In this document: positions 56,644 to 64,000 of the stretch, one piece after another
How positions within the stretch are numbered: the first letter of the stretch is position 1
How the letters are laid out: each line of letters opens with the position of its first letter
Assembly (NCBI GenBank): GCA_033442325.1
Contig: JAWQFM010000026.1
Location: forward strand, 315,748 to 379,747
Direction of reading: 5' to 3'
Length of the DNA stretch: 64,000 nucleotides
DNA from: Salpingoeca rosetta
Taxonomy: Eukaryota > Protista > Choanoflagellata
The notes under the pieces: generated by a model
Seen by the model: the letters and a program-made list of their open reading frames with translations, nothing else
The model's database searches: none
What the model was told of the DNA's origin: nothing
Program-made: the position numbers and the translations under genes

Positions 56644-57437
56644 CCCAGCAGGTGGCGGCCACCGCGGCGGTGCGAAGTATGCTGTGCTGCCGCTCCTGGG
56701 GCCAGATGCACGTCAGTCGCATCTTCCGTGCGACTCCACCGATACGACGCTCGTGTGGAAGTGCGAGCACTTTTCGGCCTCGCTGGACGATGCGCTGCTG
56801 GTGGACGTGGTCGTGCGCGATGGCTCCATGGCAGTCGTCGCCGAGACCTCCCAGCTCGTCCCAATCGACCACCAAACCGCCGACGAACGTAGAGGTGTGT
56901 AGGTGTGGATGTGTATGTGTACATGTGTGTGTGTGTGTACATCTTCTGGTGTGGTACTACCTGTAGATGCGGTTTGCAAGCATGTTCATTGTTGGTGCTT
57001 GTTGTTGGCACACACCTGTTCACATTGATACTTGTTGTTTGAGTGTAACCAGTTGTTGAACTGCTAGAAGGCTCATGCCACGTTTGTCTTTCTCGCGACC
57101 TCTTGCTCGTGCACTGTCAGATGATTATGCATTTAGTGAAGGCGAGAGCCTGCGGTTCTGTGTCACCGGCGGAGACGAGCTGGGCATACAACTTGAAGGC
57201 AGCATCATCAAGGTGAGCTGGAAAGGTGGACTGACATGCCTGGCTGCGCTGCTTGCTGTTGCTGGCGGAAGCTCCGCGTACTCGTGCTCGTTTCCTCCCG
57301 CTTCCCGCACTCAGCCACTCGGTGCACGTGTGCGCGTGTGTACTGTGCAGGAGGAGGATGGCCCGATCGTGCACACGCTGCGCGTTCTGCTCTCACTGGA
57401 TCGCGTCAACACACACTTCAGCCGCAACTACAAATAA
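53455..57437 (+). CDS. FBXO15: F-box only protein 15-like; multi-exon
   Basis: F-box exon LPEELLEHIFSWLHPVDILRCACTCKHW (~53848-53930); then RLWKDVF…WRQQCL; DRYTG; LVLGLWK|DDPSHTPAFVALNV; YVPPP…DDDISTRYG|MIDYHVVVQVR; LVWKCEHF…LLVDVVVRD; LLSLDRVNTHFSRNYK*. Motif order follows FBXO15 as I recall it. Start is inferred. Confidence 0.75.
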
Positions 57438-57485
57438 AAACCAGAAATCGATTTGATGCACAAAGAACAAGGAACAACCAGAAGG

Positions 57486-59934
<2,449 letters not shown>

Positions 59935-59997
59935 GTTCATAGCATGTGCTCGTGTACATGAATGATTGTACAGTGCATTTGCGTCTGTGTCCAAGTA

Positions 59998-60064
<67 letters not shown>

Positions 60065-60301
60065 TGTGTGTGTGTGTTGTGTTTCTTGTGGGTGTGTTTG
60101 TGTGGGTCAGAGGTAAGGGCGGGTGTCCTCTTTCCTTGGGTTGTGTGTGTGGGGGGGGCTCTTCCTTGGGTGGTGTGTGCGCGTATTGACCGGCTGCGTG
60201 CCCCATAATTGGTGTTCATTCCATTGTACAAAAATGGCGGGGGTTTCTTCCCCACCTTTTTTTGAAAATTGGCAGCGAGCCCCCAGGAAAAACCCAAGTC
60301 G

Positions 60302-61038
60302 NNNNNNNNNNNNNNNNNNNNNNNNNNNNNNNNNNNNNNNNNNNNNNNNNNNNNNNNNNNNNNNNNNNNNNNNNNNNNNNNNNNNNNNNNNNNNNNNNNN
60401 NNNNNNNNNNNNNNNNNNNNNNNNNNNNNNNNNNNNNNNNNNNNNNNNNNNNNNNNNNNNNNNNNNNNNNNNNNNNNNNNNNNNNNNNNNNNNNNNNNNN
60501 NNNNNNNNNNNNNNNNNNNNNNNNNNNNNNNNNNNNNNNNNNNNNNNNNNNNNNNNNNNNNNNNNNNNNNNNNNNNNNNNNNNNNNNNNNNNNNNNNNNN
60601 NNNNNNNNNNNNNNNNNNNNNNNNNNNNNNNNNNNNNNNNNNNNNNNNNNNNNNNNNNNNNNNNNNNNNNNNNNNNNNNNNNNNNNNNNNNNNNNNNNNN
60701 NNNNNNNNNNNNNNNNNNNNNNNNNNNNNNNNNNNNNNNNNNNNNNNNNNNNNNNNNNNNNNNNNNNNNNNNNNNNNNNNNNNNNNNNNNNNNNNNNNNN
60801 NNNNNNNNNNNNNNNNNNNNNNNNNNNNNNNNNNNNNNNNNNNNNNNNNNNNNNNNNNNNNNNNNNNNNNNNNNNNNNNNNNNNNNNNNNNNNNNNNNNN
60901 NNNNNNNNNNNNNNNNNNNNNNNNNNNNNNNNNNNNNNNNNNNNNNNNNNNNNNNNNNNNNNNNNNNNNNNNNNNNNNNNNNNNNNNNNNNNNNNNNNNN
61001 NNNNNNNNNNNNNNNNNNNNNNNNNNNNNNNNNNNNNN
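60302..61038. other. Assembly gap (737 N)
   Basis: N run. Confidence 0.98.
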
Positions 61039-61180
61039 CCCATTGTTTTCCCTTCCTTGCCCTTCGCGGCACCGTACTGCCTTGCATGTTCTTTGTTCTC
61101 CTAATGTTTGATGTCATGTTTAGCCTGATTGACGTCATGTTTAACTCGTGAGTGTCGTATAGTAGCGTTTGCCTGTGTCG

Positions 61181-61525
61181 TGTCACGCCGTGCCCAGTGC
61201 CTCGGAACTGCTTGCCTCTCGGCGGCGATCCCGAGCCCTTGGCACGGTACCGTCATCAACTAAGATGACGGCACGACACATGCCTGCATGCTGTGTTACG
61301 TCTGTTGCCCTTGTCTCTTGTTTTCCCCCTTGCTTAACCACAAGCACCCCTCTTGTTGCCTGCTAGCACGTGTGTGTTGCCCTGCACCCTGTTGTCGCTT
61401 ATCTCACGTGATTGTCTGTGCCTTGTTCAGTTCTTTTGTTCCCTGGTTTACTTCACATCAGTACACAGAACAAGCCACCGACACACCTCGACCACAGTCC
61501 CGTCACAAGAACGGTGATTGTGACA
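61181..61525 (+). mobile_element. Probable 5' LTR of copia element A
   Basis: Termini TGTCAC…GTGACA; followed by GATTATGAGACC, which resembles the copia half-tRNA-Met PBS, and then gag. Confidence 0.5.
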
Positions 61526-61533
61526 GATTATGA

Positions 61534-62347
61534 GACCTGAGAAGCGCACGAACACAGCTTGAACGAACGACCACAGCAAACATTTCACACACAAGCTCTT
61601 TGGAAGGCCTGAGCGGCGCAATCCCTGTCTTCGACGGCAGACGAACACCATATCATCTTTGGGCGACAAAGATGAGGAACCTCCTCAGATACAAGGAATG
61701 CTGGGAAGCAGCAGACCCAGAAGCTACGACAGAAGCATGGGCGACCTGCTGAAAGACTACGGAGAGTTGGCGAAAGCAGGAGGGAAGACAACAGAGAAGA
61801 CGGTTCTTCAACACGCGCTCAGCAAGCTACCCATGGAGTACGCGTACATAGCAGGAACGTTCACACTCAAGGAGGGAGACAGAGACCGCACTCTAGCAGA
61901 CCTGTACTTCACGCTATTGAGGGAAGAAGAGCGCCAGAGAACCAGCAACACCAGCAGCCGCAAGGAGGGATCTGAGAGGTTGGCAAAAGCAACAACAGCA
62001 CGGTATGAGAAACGTAAGCAGAAGGGCTACATCAAGTGCTACTATTGCGGGAAGAAAGGCCACATCAAACGAGACTGCCGAAAGAAGAAACGGGACGAAC
62101 AAGGACAGCGAAGACGGATAGACAAACTGTGCACGCTGAGACATCACAAACCACACACAGAGGCGTGGCTCGTAGACTCAGGTGCAACGAGACACATCAC
62201 AAGCAACAGAGAGGACCTGGATGAAGTCAGACCTGACAACACCCCACTCACGCTCGCAAACGGAGAAACAACAACGGCTATCGGCACAGGCAACGCAGCA
62301 CTTACCACAGAAGTCGGGAAGATAGTCCTTCAGCGAGTACTGCTCAT
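61534..62347 (+). pseudogene. Degenerate Ty1/copia gag-protease (element A), internally deleted and truncated after the protease
   Basis: IPVFDGRRTPYHLWATKMRNLLRYKECW (gag N-terminus) jumps frame into LQHALSKLPMEY; zinc knuckle CYYCGKKGHIKRDC; protease WLVDSGATRHI. Broken at 62348 by a foreign LTR. Confidence 0.9.
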
Positions 62348-62830
62348 TGTTGACAGGGAAGTCCTGTCTGCTGAGTCATATCATTGATCTCCCTTCTTCA
62401 CGACACCACAACTTTGCATTCACCACTCTTGTGTTCTGGAATGTTCACGTGATTTCCCTCCAACCTGTTGCACGTGCAGTTGTTGCAAGTTCATGCTGGT
62501 GGTGCTGTTGTTGACATCACGGTTCCAGTGTCAATGCTTGCTGAGTCAGCAAATTCTGCTGTAAACGTTTCTGTGCACGTGCGCCCAGAAACGGGCGTTT
62601 CTGGTTGTTCTGCCACGTGGCACTTCTCTCTCTCCTCCAGTTTTTTCTGTCTATGTGTGAGAGCGTCTCTCAGTTCATGTTCATTCATGTTTGCTTCACA
62701 ACTCAAGTAAACACACAACTCTCTCTTGCCAAGCCAATCTCCCACACAACACACAACACACACAGCACGCACAGCACACACAGCACACACACAAGTCTCC
62801 AACAACAGCACCACCATGAGTATGCAACAA
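62348..62830 (+). mobile_element. Rearranged/degenerate LTR of copia family B (+ orientation)
   Basis: 62348-62480 matches the start, and ~62685-62830 the distal part, of the LTR at 63592-63126; a short inverted fragment sits at ~62481-62513. Confidence 0.75.
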
Positions 62831-63125
62831 CGATAGTTGCGTTGTTTAGGGCACTTGAGCTGGAGGAACAACGGGTGCAAATCGAGAAACAGAAGCAGGC
62901 ACAGTCAGTTACCTTCAGCGCGGTTTGTCGGTGTGCTGTCATGTTTTTATTCGCCTGTGCTCATTTCATGCATCCGTTGGGTCATCTGATTTCTGCACAG
63001 GACGATAACAGCAAGGTCCTCGCAGCGATGCTGAAGAGCTTGGAAACAATGACCAAGTCAATAGATGCGCTTTCCAAGGGGCATGCACAATAACCGTCAA
63101 CCGCATGTTCTTCTCGGCGTCGTGT

Positions 63126-63592
63126 TGTTCACAAGCAAGTCCTGTCTGCTGATGTTGCAAGTTCATGGTGGCGGTGCTGTTGTTGGAGACTTGTGTGTGT
63201 GTGCAGTGTGCTGTGTGTGCTGTGTGTTCTGCGTGTTGTGTGTGCGATTGTCTTGACAAGAGGAAGTTGTGTGTGTTTACTTGAGTTGTGAAGCAAACAA
63301 GGATGTAGGATGAATGAACACTCCAACAGAAAGAAACAGAGCAGAAGGCAAGAATTGTCGACAACGCAAAGTGGTGACGTGGCAGTGTTTGTTGAGAGTT
63401 GTGTGGTTATGTGGTGTGTTATGCAAGAGCATGTAACATCGAGCAACCACACAAGCTAAACACTGCACGTGCAACAGGTTGGAGGGAAATCACGTGAACA
63501 TTCCAGAACACAAGAGAGGTGAATGTAAATTTGTGGTGTCGTGAAGAAGGGAGGTCAATGATGACTCAGCAGACAGGACTTGCCTGTCAACA
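63126..63592 (-). mobile_element. 3' LTR (467 bp) of copia element B
   Basis: TG…CA termini with a 27-bp terminal inverted repeat; immediately preceded on the minus strand by polypurine tract GCGGGGGAG (63601-63593). Confidence 0.85.
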
Positions 63593-63815
63593 CTCCCCCG
63601 CATTGACCTACCTCTCTGTTGCGTTGATGTTCTGAAACGTGATTGATGGTGATGGTGATGTCATGCATGTAGGAATGGCATGGGCAGATGTAGGTGAGAT
63701 GTGAGTAAGGACGTGTGTTGTGGAACACGTTTAGGAAAATGGTTGGTGCCTGTGGTGCGCAGCCTGTTGTGGAAGGCTGGCCCGAGTGAAGGCGTGTCCT
63801 GTGGTGCGCGGCCGC

Positions 63816-64000
63816 TCAGAGGTCCTGACGCGGAGTCGAAGGACGTGGCGACCGGCCCGAATGAGGACGGGCCCGTGGCTGGCAGCCTGGCAGAGGACGC
63901 TGGTCGAACAGCATCGTGCAGAACTGAGCCGTCTTGGGCCGAGGGAGGATCTTCGTGAGAAGATCTGCGATCATGTGCTCCCGTGGCGAGGTAGCTCAGC
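63816..64000 (-). pseudogene. C-terminal RNase H end of copia pol (element B), frameshifted
   Basis: LSYLAT[+1 G]EHMIADLLTKILP matches the copia RNase H motif Y..T..M.AD.LTK.L; stop at 63818-63816. Confidence 0.85.

Noticed and set aside
62348-63592. DNA transposon or MITE with ~130-bp TIRs
   Set aside because: The right arm is preceded by a polypurine tract and a copia RNase H end, so it is an LTR. No transposase or matching TSD is visible.

Overview
Eukaryotic, very intron-rich genomic DNA with (TG)n/(CA)n microsatellites in most introns and two assembly gaps (16674-16773, 60302-61038). Style and gene content suggest a choanoflagellate, most likely Salpingoeca rosetta (inference). Most ORF-track entries are microsatellite artefacts, so I assembled genes by hand across GT-AG introns. 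Left to right: 3' part of a coiled-coil + ROCK/MRCK/citron-type PH gene (+); NBAS/Sec39 (+); a divergent Rab ending in CaaL (-); Beclin-1/Atg6 (+); GUCD1-like (-); coiled-coil + tandem-PH gene (-); an intact 8-exon, 288-aa heliorhodopsin (-); a CAP-Gly protein with a long repeat tail (+); MRGBP/Eaf7 (+); two small head-to-head membrane-anchored ORFs; a GRK2/3-like kinase (-); an MGxC hypothetical (+); an FBXO15-like F-box gene (+); an F-BAR gene running into the second gap (+); then a nest of degenerate Ty1/copia elements with inverted LTRs. The standout is the heliorhodopsin. It is invisible as a single ORF, keeps the retinal Lys and counterion Glu, and carries unusual intramembrane charged or polar substitutions.
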